Shown here: positions 1-12,745 of the stretch, piece by piece
Layout of the letters: each line of letters begins with the position of its first letter
How positions within the stretch are numbered: position 1 is the stretch's first letter
Assembly (NCBI GenBank): GCA_964016885.1
Contig: OZ024743.1
Span: forward strand, 323,888,001-323,952,000
DNA: 64,000 nt
Origin: Eledone cirrhosa
Lineage: Eukaryota
Direction: 5' to 3'
The notes under the pieces: generated by a model
The model's input: only the letters and a program-made list of their open reading frames with translations
The model's database searches: none
What the model was told of the DNA's origin: nothing
Translations under genes and position numbers: made by a program

Positions 1-167
1 AAAACCCGTCGAGGTTAACTTTGCCTTTCATAATTACGGGGGTTGATAAAATAAAGTACCAAGTGCTAAAAATACAAACTATTAATTAGTGGTAGTACTA
101 ACACAGTTAAAGATGGACATACATACAATATGTATCACTGTTTAAAATGGACTTATACACAATAAAT

Positions 168-322
168 GCAGCGAATTGGCAGAGTCATAGAACATCAGAT
201 AGAATGCTTTATGGTATTCTGGCTCTCTGCTCTTTGAGTTCAAATCCTGCTGAGGTCAACTTTACCTTTCATCCCTTCGAGGTCGACAAAAAAAAAAAGT
301 ACGTCTAGTACTGGGGTCGATT
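168..322 (+). mobile_element. tRNA-headed SINE, family 1 (A-box TGGCAGAGTC, B-box GAGTTCAAATCC, body CTTTCATCC..GGTCGA); a core fragment also at 1-66
   Basis: Pol III A/B-box-like motifs and a body sequence repeated many times in the window. Confidence 0.8.
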
Positions 323-546
323 CTTCCTCTATGTCTCTTTCTCGTTTTTCTCTTTCTTGCTTTCTATCTTTCTCTAGAAGAAATCTGCTGTACTCAGGCC
401 TGGAGAAGGATGTGCTCCGCCAGGTTTGAAGGTGCCCAAGAAACGCTGTATGTCAATGCAGTGTCCCTATGATTCTATTAGAAGTTATGGGACCATACAT
501 ACATATACAATATGTTAGTGTTATCACTAATATGAACCTATATATG

Positions 547-883
547 GAGGCACATGGCTTAGTGGTTAGAGCATTGGCCTTGCAACCGAAAGATTGTGAG
601 TTCAATTCTCAGACCAGGTGATGTGTTGTTTCCTTGAGCAAGACACTTTATTTCACATTGCTCCAGTTTACTCAGCTGTAGAAATGAGATGATAGTGACT
701 GGGGACCATATCATTCCACTGCAAAGTGGTCGTGGAGGTGCCACGGCAAAAAAGCACCCAGCACTCACTGTAAATGAGGTTGGTGTTAGGAAGGGCATCC
801 AGCTGTAGAAATCAAGCCAAAATCAGTGACCGTCCCACCCTTGCAAGCAGGGAAAAGCGAACGTAAAATGATGATGATGATGA
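547..883 (+). mobile_element. tRNA-headed SINE, family 2 (CORE-like domain CCTTGAGCAAGACACTT; RTE-derived 3' tail ending in (GAT)n)
   Basis: Head GGCACATGGCTTAGTGGTTAGAGC...GAGTTCAATTC; 3' part matches the RTE 3' UTR at 40367-40632. Confidence 0.8.
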
Positions 884-1316
884 TACAACACATAGTGTTG
901 CCAATATTTAATGCAGACATATATACAATATGTTATGTTGTCACTTTTAATATATATATATATATACAATATGTAGTGTTGTCACTATTCACTATTTTAT
1001 ATAGATGTGGATACAATATGTTAGTGTTGTCACTATTCAATATTGACCTATATACAATATGTTATGTTGTCACAATATATTATAGGTGTTGTTTGTTTTC
1101 ATTATCCACATTCGGATTATTTCTATTACTAGATCTTTATATTTGGATAATTTCTCCATTTCCTTGGTAGATATATTGTCATCTGTGGGGATTGATACAT
1201 CAATTATACATTTATTTTTCTTTGTAATTTGTTACTATAATATCCAGTTGGTTGGCTTCAATTGCCCTGTCTGTCTGTATAATAAAAATAATAATACCAA
1301 TTATTATTATTATTGA

Positions 1317-1503
1317 GGGTGGTGTATTGGCAGTATCACTAGAGTGTCGAACAACATGCTTTATAGAAAGTAGTAACGGCCCATTACATTCTGAGTTCAA
1401 ATCCTGCCGAGGTTAGTGTTACCTTTTCTGGCGTCCATTTGATCGACTTTCCCCTTCCCTTCAGATTGCTGGCCTTGAGCCAAAAGTAGAAACAATTATT
1501 ATT
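1317..1503 (+). mobile_element. SINE family 1 copy with (ATT)n tail
   Basis: TGGCAGTATC...GAGTTCAAATCC...GCTGGCCTTGAGCCAAAAGTAGAAACAATTATT. Confidence 0.75.
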
Positions 1504-2767
1504 GTCACCATAATCATCATTATTATTATTAACCTTACCTGGTGGTAAACAACAATTTAATTATCATTCTTGTTATTGTTCTCTCCCCAATTTCTACATT
1601 TATTACCTCCAATTCATCATCTGTGACAGATGTGACAGACACTTCAATGTAATTAGACTGATGCCAAAGTAAAGACAGATATATTTACTTAGTTATTTTC
1701 TTATTTTCTATAGCACAATACATGACAGCATTCCAGGGAATTATGAAGGAATTCTAAATAAGTATGATGATGATGGTCATTGTGGTAGTGTGATGATGGT
1801 GTTGGTAATTATGAAGTAATACTTCAAAACATAGTATTTCAAATTGTTTTGTTTCCGTTCGTTGTCTTGTCATCTCTTTGTTAATTTTCTCAAGTTTGTA
1901 TGTAGAGAGAGAGAGAGAGAGAGACATACATGCACACACACACTTATGTCAATGTTAGAAACTGGCTCTCTCTTTATTGCTAAAAATTTATAAAATAATT
2001 AAACCAGAAAAACATACAAAACATACATACATAACACTACTTATTCAGTGTTGAAAGTAGCATAAAGATATATACACTCATGTACAATATAATATACACA
2101 CATGTATCTTCACATAATATATACACACATGTATCCATATATTATATATACAAACACACTAATGTTGACAGCAAAACACTAAATTCCTCATAGTTATATA
2201 ATACTCAATTATTATCATTTATTCCCTCTTGAATTTTGTTATTCCCTTCCTCCTTAGAACAGTAAGTGATATTTTAAACCCTTTCTCACCATATTTCAAA
2301 AGAAAGACAAATAATTTTGAAAATAATTAAAATTTTGGAAGATTTTCTGAAATAACTTTCACATTTTTAATTTGGTGTGTAGAGCATAATTTAAAGATTC
2401 TTACATAAAATTATGATAAATATAAACACTAAACCTTTTGTTAACATTACTTGGTATTAGGAAGGGCATCCAACCATAGAAACCAAGCCAGAAACAGTTC
2501 TGTATGAACATGTCATGGTCACCTGACCTGACTTGCCTCAAACGGGACAACCAGTCTAACCCATGAAGATGGATGTTAAACAATGAGGATCGTGATGATT
2601 TCTAATAAAAGACTACCTACAATTTTCAAATAACTCATAAAATTTGAAGGGTTTTAGTAAAATGATTAACTTCCTCATTATTAAGCTTGTGCTTGGAACA
2701 GAACTTAATACAGTTTCTTACATAAAGTAAACACTTTAAAATAAACAGCTTTGTATAATATAACCAT

Positions 2768-3029
2768 AGGTGGTCGTGGAGGTGCCACGACAAAAAAAGC
2801 ACCCAGCCCACACTGTAAAGTGGACGTGTAGGCGCCACGAAAAAGCACCCAGCACTCACTGTAAATGAGGTTGGTGTTAGGAAGGGCATCCAGCTGTAGA
2901 AATCAAGCCAAATCAGTTCCTGTATGAGCAAGGCATGGTCAGCCAACCAGACACTGCCCACAACAGGACAACCCATCTAACCCATGCTAGCGTGGAAGAA
3001 CGGACGTAAAACAGTGATGATGATGATGA
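2768..3029 (+). mobile_element. RTE LINE 3' UTR (5'-truncated insertion) ending in (GAT)n
   Basis: Near identical to 40367-40632, which directly follows an RTE ORF2 C-terminus. Confidence 0.8.
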
Positions 3030-3584
3030 ACCAAGGATGGTTTCAAACAGTTTCATATCAAAAGTGTTACATGAAAATATATGCACCCATAAACTATATA
3101 TATATTCACACAAGTAAATGTACAATCACACATATTATGTTGGCACTAAAACCCTAAATTCTTCACAGTTATATAATACCCAACCATTATCAGTATTCCC
3201 TACTGAATTTTGCTATTTTTCCTTTTCTCGACAAACAGAAGTTACAGTTTCTTGTGTTTTTCTAAGTTTTAGCAAGCTAGTTGTTATAGCACATGTACAG
3301 TACAGTAAGCAATATTGTTCAACTATAAAGTAAAAAGGTCAACAACCAGACACTAATCTTGTTATCTCCTTACGTAAGTTGATAGAGGAGGAGAAGTTAT
3401 AAAAAAACAGGAGACCTTCTGTTTGTAATTAGAGATCCACCACAGTGGAAATTTGTTGTTAAAATCTTTCTCAAATCACTGGACCAGACATTTAATAATA
3501 ATACACTCATTTAACCCTTTTGTTGCCATATTTTCAATGAAAGACATTGCCTATTTTGATTATGCAGGACATAATTAATCTTTC

Positions 3585-3780
3585 AGTAGGGTTGAGTCAT
3601 GCCTGACAACACTCCTTTAGCATCCTGCTGGTCTCACTTGGGCCAGGTTAAGCCTAGCTTGATCCCAACGGATATCCTTCATCCAAGTCCTTTTTTGTCT
3701 TCCTGGGCCTCTACTGCCTCCTGGACTGACATTCATCACTGTGCTCAACATGGCCACACCAATGCATCTTATGTGAAGCA
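3585..3780 (-). mobile_element. Degraded RTE-type LINE 3' end
   Basis: Minus strand retains remnants of the W-GHV and GR--RTW motifs. Confidence 0.5.
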
Positions 3781-5325
3781 CAGCCTATAATTTTAAAATA
3801 ATTTGGAGGGATTTCGTAATATAACTTTCTAATGGAAGGATTTTAGATAAACATAAACACTTTATAGCAATCAGTTTTGTATAATAAAACTAGGGGCAGT
3901 TTCAGGCAATTTGATATCAAAAGGGTTAAATAGCTGTGATTGAAAGAATAATACCATAAGCCAGCATGTACAATTTCCCTTACCACTCTTAGAGTATGGT
4001 GGAGAAAGTAATTTATTTGAAACCAAAAGTCACTCATCGCATACAACTGACCCCATCCTCTGAGATGCACACTCATATGGGGTCAGCAAAACCTATAGGG
4101 TCTCACCCTATTTTATAGGCTATTTTATTATTTTATAGCATCTCCGTGCATGAGCACTCCACTCTTTAGAGAGGGAGAGAGAGAGATATGTGATCTGATG
4201 TCAAGATAGAATGCACCCAGGATATTTGAAATAGCAGGAAATCAATCCAGTAATTCTATATTTTGGTACACCACCACCATTACCATAAACTTACAACAAT
4301 TACATAACTAACAAGGTCATTAGTAATTAATTACTAACAACAAATTGATATTTTCAATAAAATATACATACATACATATACTTATACATGCAAGCAATAT
4401 GACTATGAAATAGCTGCTAGAACTTGTCTATAAAAAATCATTTCATTAGTCCAGGTATTTCTCACCTTTATGCTATAAAACACTTTTGATATAAGGTAGA
4501 TCAGGAAGGTGGATAACAACAGGTGATAGCTTGCACATACCTGCAGCCACAAGCAATATAAATCAACTGAGGTACACACATACACCATTAATCAACTCAA
4601 GTATACACACACACACACATGCACCATTAACCAACACAGGTATACATACACACATACCATTAACCAACTCAGATATACATACACACACACACACCATTTA
4701 ACAACTCATATACACATGCACACACAGATAACATTTAATCAACCCTGGAATACATAGACACAAGCAATAGGTATATAAAGATCTTGGTCATAAAACAAGT
4801 TAAAACAAGCACCATGTATGAAGTCATGTGACTTACTGGTTACAATGTTCAGCTCATGATGATAGGTTCATGAGTTTGGTTCCCAGTCCTGTGTTTTGTT
4901 CTTAACCCTTTAGCATTTAAACTGGCCATATCTGGCCAGAATTTTTTTTTTTAAAGTCGTTTTATCCAATATTCTATCAATTCCAACGATCCACCACCGT
5001 AGATAGGTATTTTCAACCCTGAAAGAATGACAGGTAAAGTTGATCTCAACAGGATTTGAACTTGTTTACTTTCTATACCTCACTGGCTAAACATAATCAT
5101 TGTACTGCAGACCAAAATGGTGACTGTATATGACTTAATACAGCCAGTACACTATGGATATGTTTGTCATAAAGCCTCCAGCTGTTTACTTAGCTTGAGA
5201 ATGTTTGTCATACAGTTTCCAACTTGCTATTGAAAACAACCCTTTACTTAGCACCAGAATGAAAAAGGAAATGGGGTAGTCCAACAAAGATGTAACATTA
5301 AACCATAGATAAAGAGTTGAAACTG

Positions 5326-5738
5326 GGGGAGAGGTAGGGAGAGAGAGGGGGAGAAGGGGGTAGGGGGAAGGGGGTAGGGGTGGGGGTGGGGTGGGGAGAG
5401 GGGGGAGATAGGGATAGGGAGGGAGGGGAGGGAGGGAAAGGGAGAGAGAGAGGGAGAGAGAGAGAGGGAGAGAGAGAGAGGGAGAGGGAGAGAGAGAGAG
5501 GGAGAGAGAGAGAGGGAGAGGGGGAGAGAGGGGTGAGGGAGGGGGAGAGGGAGGGGGAGAGGGAGGGGGAGAGGGAGGGGGGAGAGGGAGGGGGAGGGAG
5601 AGAGAGGGAGAGGGAGAGAGAGAGAGAGGGGGAGAGAGAGAGAGGGAGAGAAAGAGAGAGAGAGGGAGGGAGAGGGAGGGAGGGAGAGAAAGGGAGGGAG
5701 AGAAAGAGAGAGAGGGAGATAAAGAGAGAGAGAGAGAA
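5326..5738. repeat. Polypurine (GA/GGGA)n low-complexity tract
   Basis: Directly visible; explains the spurious SLP- and ER-rich ORFs. Confidence 0.95.
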
Positions 5739-5800
5739 ACAGACAAATACAAAGACACAAACACATACACACAATAGAGTAACAATGTTAATGAGTTCAA

Positions 5801-5990
5801 TAATAATTGTTTCTACTTTAGGCACAAGGCCAGCAATTACCCAGTACGTTACTGGTACTTTATTTTATCGACCCTGTAAGGTTGAAAGGCAAAATCAACC
5901 TCGGAAGGATTTGAACTCAGATCGTAAAGGGACGCAACTATGCTGGAAACCATGGCGTCTGACCATCTACCGATACTGCCCAATAATAAT
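5801..5990 (-). mobile_element. SINE family 1 copy
   Basis: Reverse complement of the family 1 body. Confidence 0.8.
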
Positions 5991-6899
5991 GAGTCCCAAG
6001 TAAATCTATAAACATGTTTCCTAAATGATTAATTAATTAATATTTCTATTGATCTGCTAAGTGGCCCAATACACAACTTGTAGGATATGTAGAAGCCATT
6101 CACTATATATTTAGTCAAACATAATAATGGCATTATCATCATCATCATCATATAAAGTCTTCTACCTACTAACAAGGGTTAGACATGGCATCACATACCA
6201 AATAAGTACTTAATATGAGCTACTGACCTCTCAACCATCCCAGGGTGGACAGTGGGGCTGTATCTTACATACATTACCCACACTCTACAGAGAACACCAG
6301 GTGCATTTTGCCATGACAACAGTACTAATAAGGTTTCCATTTCTTTGCCACAACTGAAGAGCCGTCTCAACCATTTGTTTGGTAAGTTTTCTACAACTAG
6401 ATGCCCTTCTTATCCCCCGAACACTTTACAGAGTGTACTGGGTGCATTTTATCATCACCAACACTAGAGATGTTGTCCTGCTCTATACACATCTGAAGAG
6501 TCCCCTTTCATTTGTTTGGTGAGTTTTCTAGGGCTGGATGCCCTTCCAACTACCAACCATTTTACAGAGTGTATTTTATCATCTCCAACACTAGAGAAGT
6601 TGTTGAGAAATAATCATCACCATCATTTTGCATGTTTTCTATGTCGGCATGAGTTGGGCAGGTTGTAATGGTCTAGGACTAGATAGGTCAGATAGACAGG
6701 TCAGATAGACAGGTCAGAGAACCACATCTTGCCCATACATTCCATATTTTGGTAAGGTTTCTACAGGTACATGCCCTTTGTAACACCAAACACTTTTAAA
6801 TATGCTCATATTTTGTTCATTTTTTTTTTGTACTCTACTGTAAGCAGAAATAAGGATTCAGAAGAAAAAATGTGTGTATGTATACATACGTACATACAA

Positions 6900-7410
6900 A
6901 TATGTCTAGAATATATATGTCTGGAATACATACGTCTGGAATACGTATGTCTAGAATATGTATGTGAGGAATACACATGTGTGGAATATGCATGTGTGGA
7001 ATACATGTCTAGAATATGTATGTGTGGAATACTTAAGTCTGGAATACATACTTCTGGAATACATATGTGTGGAATAAGTGTGTCTAGAATATGTATGTGT
7101 GGAATATGTATGTGTGGAATATGTATGTCTGGAATACTTAAGTCTGGAATACATAAGTCTGGAATACATACGTCTGGAATACATATGTGTGGAATAAGCA
7201 TGTCTAGAATATGTATGTGTGGAATATGTATGTCTGGAATAAGTATGTCTAGAATATGTATGTCTGGAATATGTATGTCTGGAATAAGTATGTCTAGAAT
7301 ATGTATGTGTGGAATATGTATGTGTGGAATATGTATGTCTGGAATACAGATATCTGGAATACAGATATCTAGAATATGTGTGGAATATGTATGTCTAGAA
7401 TATGTACATA
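6900..7410. repeat. 15-bp minisatellite (T[C/G]T[G/A]GAATATGTATG), about 34 copies
   Basis: Visible 15-bp period; ORF track shows ICMSG/ICMCG pentapeptide repeats. Confidence 0.9.
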
Positions 7411-7968
7411 GATAAACAGATTCCTTTAAACCAGGAAGTATGACATAAATACTAATGCTTATTTTGTAGAAAAAAGAAGACTTATTAAAGAGTTGTGTAA
7501 AATATATGCATGTTTTAGTATGTTAAGTAGTGTTTTAAGAAAGAGGCAGGGGACACCAGAAAAAGTGCAAGATCAACTTCAACAGCTATTTGAGCAAAAA
7601 CATCTGGAATTTCTTCATGGCCTATTAAAAAGGAAGTAATCAGATGCAATAGAGCCCCCACCACTGTTTCAAAAACTGAATTCTATTTTGTTTCAAGTCA
7701 TTATAAGAGCATAATTTAATTCTTTTATCCTTTTACTGCTTTCACGCATAAGACTGCGGCCATGCTGGAGTTTACAAAGGATTTTAGTTGATCATATCGA
7801 CCCCAGTACTGGTCTCCACAACTGGATGATCTTCCTAATACCAACAATTTTAAAGAGTGTACTGGGTTTATTTTAACATGGTACCAATTATGTACTCAAC
7901 AAGACTGAAGAGTCCTCTACCTTATATAGTCTCTGTTTGATCATATTCATTTTTTTTCTTTTTCATAT

Positions 7969-8270
7969 TTTACGTCCCCTTTTCCCTGCTTGCCAGGGTG
8001 GGACGGGAACTGATTCTGGCTTGATTTGTACAGCTGGATGCCCTTCCTAACACCAACCTCATTTACAGTGAGTGCTGGGTGTTTTTTTTCCATGGCGCCT
8101 ACACGTCCACTTTACAGTGTGGGCTGGGTGCTTTTTTTTGCCGTGGCACCTCCATGACCACTTTACAGTGGAATGATAGGGACCCCAGTCCCTATCATCT
8201 CCTTTCTACAGCTGAGTAAACTGGAGCAATGTGAAATAAAGTGTCTTGCTCAAGGAAACAACACATCACA
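7969..8270 (-). mobile_element. SINE family 2 copy (5' head missing)
   Basis: Reverse complement of 620-870. Confidence 0.75.
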
Positions 8271-8362
8271 TATTAAGATACATATACATATAAATTCAAT
8301 GTTTTTTGTCTATTTGCTCTTCACACTTATAATTGTTATATATATATATTAAAATGTATATT

Positions 8363-8760
8363 TGTGTTGGTGCTCTGAAATAGCAATGTATATATGAATG
8401 TACGTATTTATATTTAATAATATACTGTATGTTTATTTTAAAACATTTTGAAGGCCTTTTGCTATGAATTTAAGGTAGTGACCAAAGTCACATATCTAGC
8501 TTCAGCAAATACAAAGGGAAATAACCGACAATCGTTTCTCGCTGTTTAGTGGTTATCAAGGCTATATATCCCATGTTTTTGCTGTGAGCTGTAGAAGCTA
8601 GATTCTTATAGAATTCCAATTATGTTTATGAGCTGTTTAAACTCATTAACATACAGAGCGGTTTCCGGTCCAGCAACAAAGAGAAATGTGTGTTGGTACT
8701 CTGAAGTAGCGATGTATATATGAATGTATGTATTGTATATTTAATGATATACTGCATGTT
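8363..8760 (-). mobile_element. Retrozyme/pLTR-like tandem unit, family E (326-bp period), hammerhead motif at 8522-8564
   Basis: ~70-bp direct repeat at 8363 and 8689; minus strand UAGCC UUGAUAA ... GAAAC GAUU GUC GGUUA; homologous to 57944-58351. Confidence 0.65.
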
Positions 8761-8798
8761 ATATATATATATACATTTTAATAAGAATAAATAGTGAC

Positions 8799-8866
8799 TC
8801 TTATTACCCTGGAGTTTCGCCTGTTAATCACAGGGTTATCAGACAAGAACAGTTCTTGTCTGATGA
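8799..8866 (-). ncRNA. Minimal hammerhead motif, family H, with a short inverted arm
   Basis: Minus strand UCUUGU CUGAUAA C CCUG..CAGG C GAAAC UCCAGG GUA AUAAGA; fold-back TTATCAGACAAGAAC-A-GTTCTTGTCTGATGA at 8836-8866. Confidence 0.6.
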
Positions 8867-11100
8867 CAGATATATATATATCCATCAAGAAGGGAAGAGC
8901 GGACGTAAAATGATGATGATGATGATATATATATAAATATATATATATGTGGTTGGTGTTAGGAAGGGCATCCAGCTGTAGAAAACCTGCCAGACAGTCC
9001 TATGCGAGCAAGACAACCACTCTTGCCTCAAGTGGGAAAACCCCCGTCCAAACCCATGCAAGCGTGGAACATGGATGTTAAACGATGATGATGATATAGT
9101 AGGGGAAATGAACATTGATGATGATATGATTAACTTCTGCACAGTTTCTGACACCCAAAATTCACCGGCAAGGTATTTGGTAACTCAAGGTTATAGTAGA
9201 TGACATTAGACCAAAGTCAGAGGAGAAAATATTTCCTCAAGGTCATAGTAAAAAACCCTTTCCCAAGGTTCCACACAGTGACAGAGAACTCAAAACCACA
9301 TAGTTTTAAATCAAACCCTTTCACCACACAGCCATAGTTAACCTTTTAGCATTTACTTAACTCTATATATACAATTGTATTTTCGTGGTAAGGGCTTCAT
9401 CTCACATAATATCGAATCTCTGAGATTTTGATGGTATTCATTTTGAGGACAGTACCTTAACATAAGTATGAGTGGCCAGTTATGGCCGGTTTGAACAGAA
9501 AAAGGCGAGAGAATTCTGGCCAGACATGGACGGTTGAAATGCGAAGGAGTTAAACTTATATTTTTAATACAGAATATTTTGTAGAAGTTTTGAAAATAAT
9601 GCCTGTTATTTGTTTATTTTTTTAGTTTTCAAACCAAAGACATTTACATTTCTGAGCCTGGGAAAATATACATATTGTAGACATGTAGGGATAGAATGAA
9701 TATTGACAAATACATTATAGAATAAAGTGATTACATGTGTGTGACTGTGGGTATGAATACATGTAAATGTGTGTGTGTTTTTTTGTGTATGAAGGTATGT
9801 CAGTATGTGTATATATGTGTGTGTGAAGGCACATGGCTTAGTGGCTAGGGTGTTCATGACTATATGGTTGGTGTTTGATTCATGGCAATAAGGCAATAGG
9901 GTGTGTCCTTTAGTAAAACACCCTATTTCACATTGTTCCAGTTTACTGAGCTGTAAAAAAAATGGGCTGTACCTGTAATTCAAGAGGAAAGCCTTTATCA
10001 CACACTTTGTCATGCTGAATCTTCCTGAGAACTACATTAAATGTAGTTCTCAGGGTCTGTATGTCTGTGGAATGATCAAACAACTAGAACACCCATTGCT
10101 GGAACCCACAAATGTTCAACACACACACGTGAAAAAAATGTGAAATTTACAGCTCACAACTATGCCAGTGTATCTGGTCACTAATGAGGTTACATTTCAT
10201 AGGGGTTTCAATCATAGAGGTCCCAATCTTACAATAAAAAGCAATGTGAAATGAAGCATCTTGCTGAAGAACAGAACACAGTAGGAATTGAACTCACAAC
10301 TATATGATCAAGCATCTAACATTCTAACCACTGCACCATATGCCTTCACATGTATCTATGAGCTACAATAGCACATAACAATAGCTGAAAATATTTGTTA
10401 TGATCATCAGAGAGAAGTGAATAGACTACATTACATAACAGTAAAACTTCAGTGATTTGAAGTTTAAACCACATATGGAAGTGTTTCTGTTACATCACTG
10501 ATACTGTGGGGACTGTCTAATTCCCATTACTACTGGCCTTTACAATCTCACACTTTATATTAACGAAGAAATATTTTATATGCACGCGCACGCACACACA
10601 CACATATGTATATAAAGAAAAGTCAACAAAGAAAAACAACACAGGATTGCAATACAATGCAATGTTTAATGCCTGATATAGCTGGAATATATATACATTA
10701 TATAGATGTTTGTGTTTGTGCACACACAGGGACAGCACATGTAAAATGATGATGTGTATATATTTATATATATTCATTAAAACAAGCACATACACACGCA
10801 TCATTTTTTAACCTTTAGGCTATTTATCTTTCATAGTTGAACAATTATGGCATTTATTATTAATCATAGGTTAAAGGCAGTGGAATGACGGAGGATATAA
10901 TGCCTTGTGGTATATGTTCCAGCTCTTTAGATTCGGAGTTCAAATCCAATGAAGGTCAACTCAGCCTTCTTTCCTTCTGGAGCCGTTTAACCCTTTTGAT
11001 ATGAAACTGTCTGAAACCAACCTCACCTACAATACAAAACTTTTTAAAGTGTTTATATTGATCTAGAAACCTTCTATCATAATTTTATTCAATTCAGTAT

Positions 11101-11540
11101 TCATGCCAACCCTTACCTATGGTCATGAATCTTGGGTAATGACTGAAAAAATACAATTGTAAATACAAGCAGTTGAAATGGAGTTCCTCCGAAGGGTCTT
11201 TGGAGTAAAATCACTCAATAGAATGCGTAGCTTGGAGTTCAGAGAGTTGCTACTTCTCTGAATTAAGAGATCACGGCTCTGACATTATGGACATGTGGTT
11301 AGAACATCTCAAGAAAGAATCATTGGACAGATTTACAGGCAAAGCCAACTGGCAGGAAACCTAAAGGTAGACTCCAAGCAAGATGGTTGGGTAACATCCA
11401 TGAGCTCAGCTGGTCTTGCTTGGAGATTTAGCCAGATCAATTGAGATGGTTGCTTTTGACAGGACTCGCTAGAAGGAGTACTTGAGGACTCTGTCCTCAC
11501 AATCCTCCCAAGAATAATTGGGCGAAGAAGAAAAAGAAGA
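11101..11540 (+). mobile_element. Degraded RTE-clade LINE 3' end
   Basis: Translates PTLTYGHESWVMTEK...QAVEMEFLRRV...YGHV; (GAA)-rich tail; related copy at 26530-26757. Confidence 0.75.
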
Positions 11541-12339
11541 ACCTTTGTTCAGTTATGTTCCAAACACTAGTTTAATAATGATTTCTTTATTGGCCACTAA
11601 TAATGAGAAAGCTAATTATAATTCTAAATCACTCCAAATTCTTGATTATTTTCAAAATGATTATCACTCTTATTTCATTAGAAATATAGTAACGAAATGG
11701 TTAAAATAAATACTTTCTATTTAGCTGAGTTTTAGTGGTTTATTAATAATGCTTTCATTGATTAACCAGATATAAGTTTTTCATTTAAATTGAAAATAAA
11801 AGGGAAAACAAAATGACTAAAATTTCTCTATAAAATTTAAACTAGTTTAACACTAACTTGGCATTTATTCTACTTCAGGAGGTCAGCTAAACTTGTATCA
11901 GTATCAATTTTAACAATAACATCATTATTGTTTTTATTTCTGTTTTCCATGCTGGCATGAGTTGGATAAGTTGTCATGTTCTGAGGTTAACCAGTCAAGT
12001 GGGCTACATTTTGCTCATACATTCCATATTTGGCATGGCTTCTATGCCTGGGTGCTATTCCTAACACCAGCCACTTTACTGGATGTATTGGGTGCATTTT
12101 ATTGTGGCACCAACACTACCACTTCATAGGGTTGACTTGGTGCATTTTCTTGAAGCACCAGCATTAGAGAAGTTGTCACATGATTGGCCAGACTTAAGAA
12201 TCCCTTCAAACCCTATATTGTCTCTATTAAATCACTTAACAATGTAGCCTCCACTCTCTTGCCAGTGCTTGTACTGATAAACAGACCGTTTGCATTATGG
12301 CATATTGCCAGCCTACTCAGTCCCATCATATCTTTTATG

Positions 12340-12745
12340 AGGATTTTAGTTTTTAAGCTATTCCTCACAACCTCGTCCTATGCCTTCCTTGGTCTCCCTG
12401 CTCTACCCTACATTCAATCCCTCTTATACATGACTCTTCTCAGCTCACTAACATTATGCATCCAGCAAAGCATGCCTACTTCAGTTCTTTTTAGCCACCA
12501 CAAATCTGTACTCAAGGCCCCTGTCTCACTGCCATGCAGCATAGCTGTTCAAACACATTTATCATATTGTCTGCCCTTCACTCTGATAGAGAGGCCCTTT
12601 TATTACCAGAAGAGGTATTAGCACCTTGAATTTCTTGTAGCTTGTTCTCACTCTGGCTACTATGCTTTCAGTACATCCAACTCCACTGCTAATGAAATAG
12701 AAACTTTCTACCACTTCCAATGAACCTTCTGAACATTTAAGACTT
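12340..12745 (-). mobile_element. Degraded RTE LINE ORF2 C-terminal fragment
   Basis: Similar to 56300-56830 (TCTCACTGCCATGCAGCAT, GTTCTCACTCTGGCTAC). Confidence 0.7.

Noticed and set aside
547-620. tRNA gene
   Set aside because: SINE head; no complete cloverleaf and it continues into SINE body
5186-6003. Pro/Ser/Leu-rich and Glu/Arg-rich ORFs
   Set aside because: Low-complexity purine tract
6771-7415. Cys/Met-rich 214-aa ORF
   Set aside because: Product of the 15-bp minisatellite
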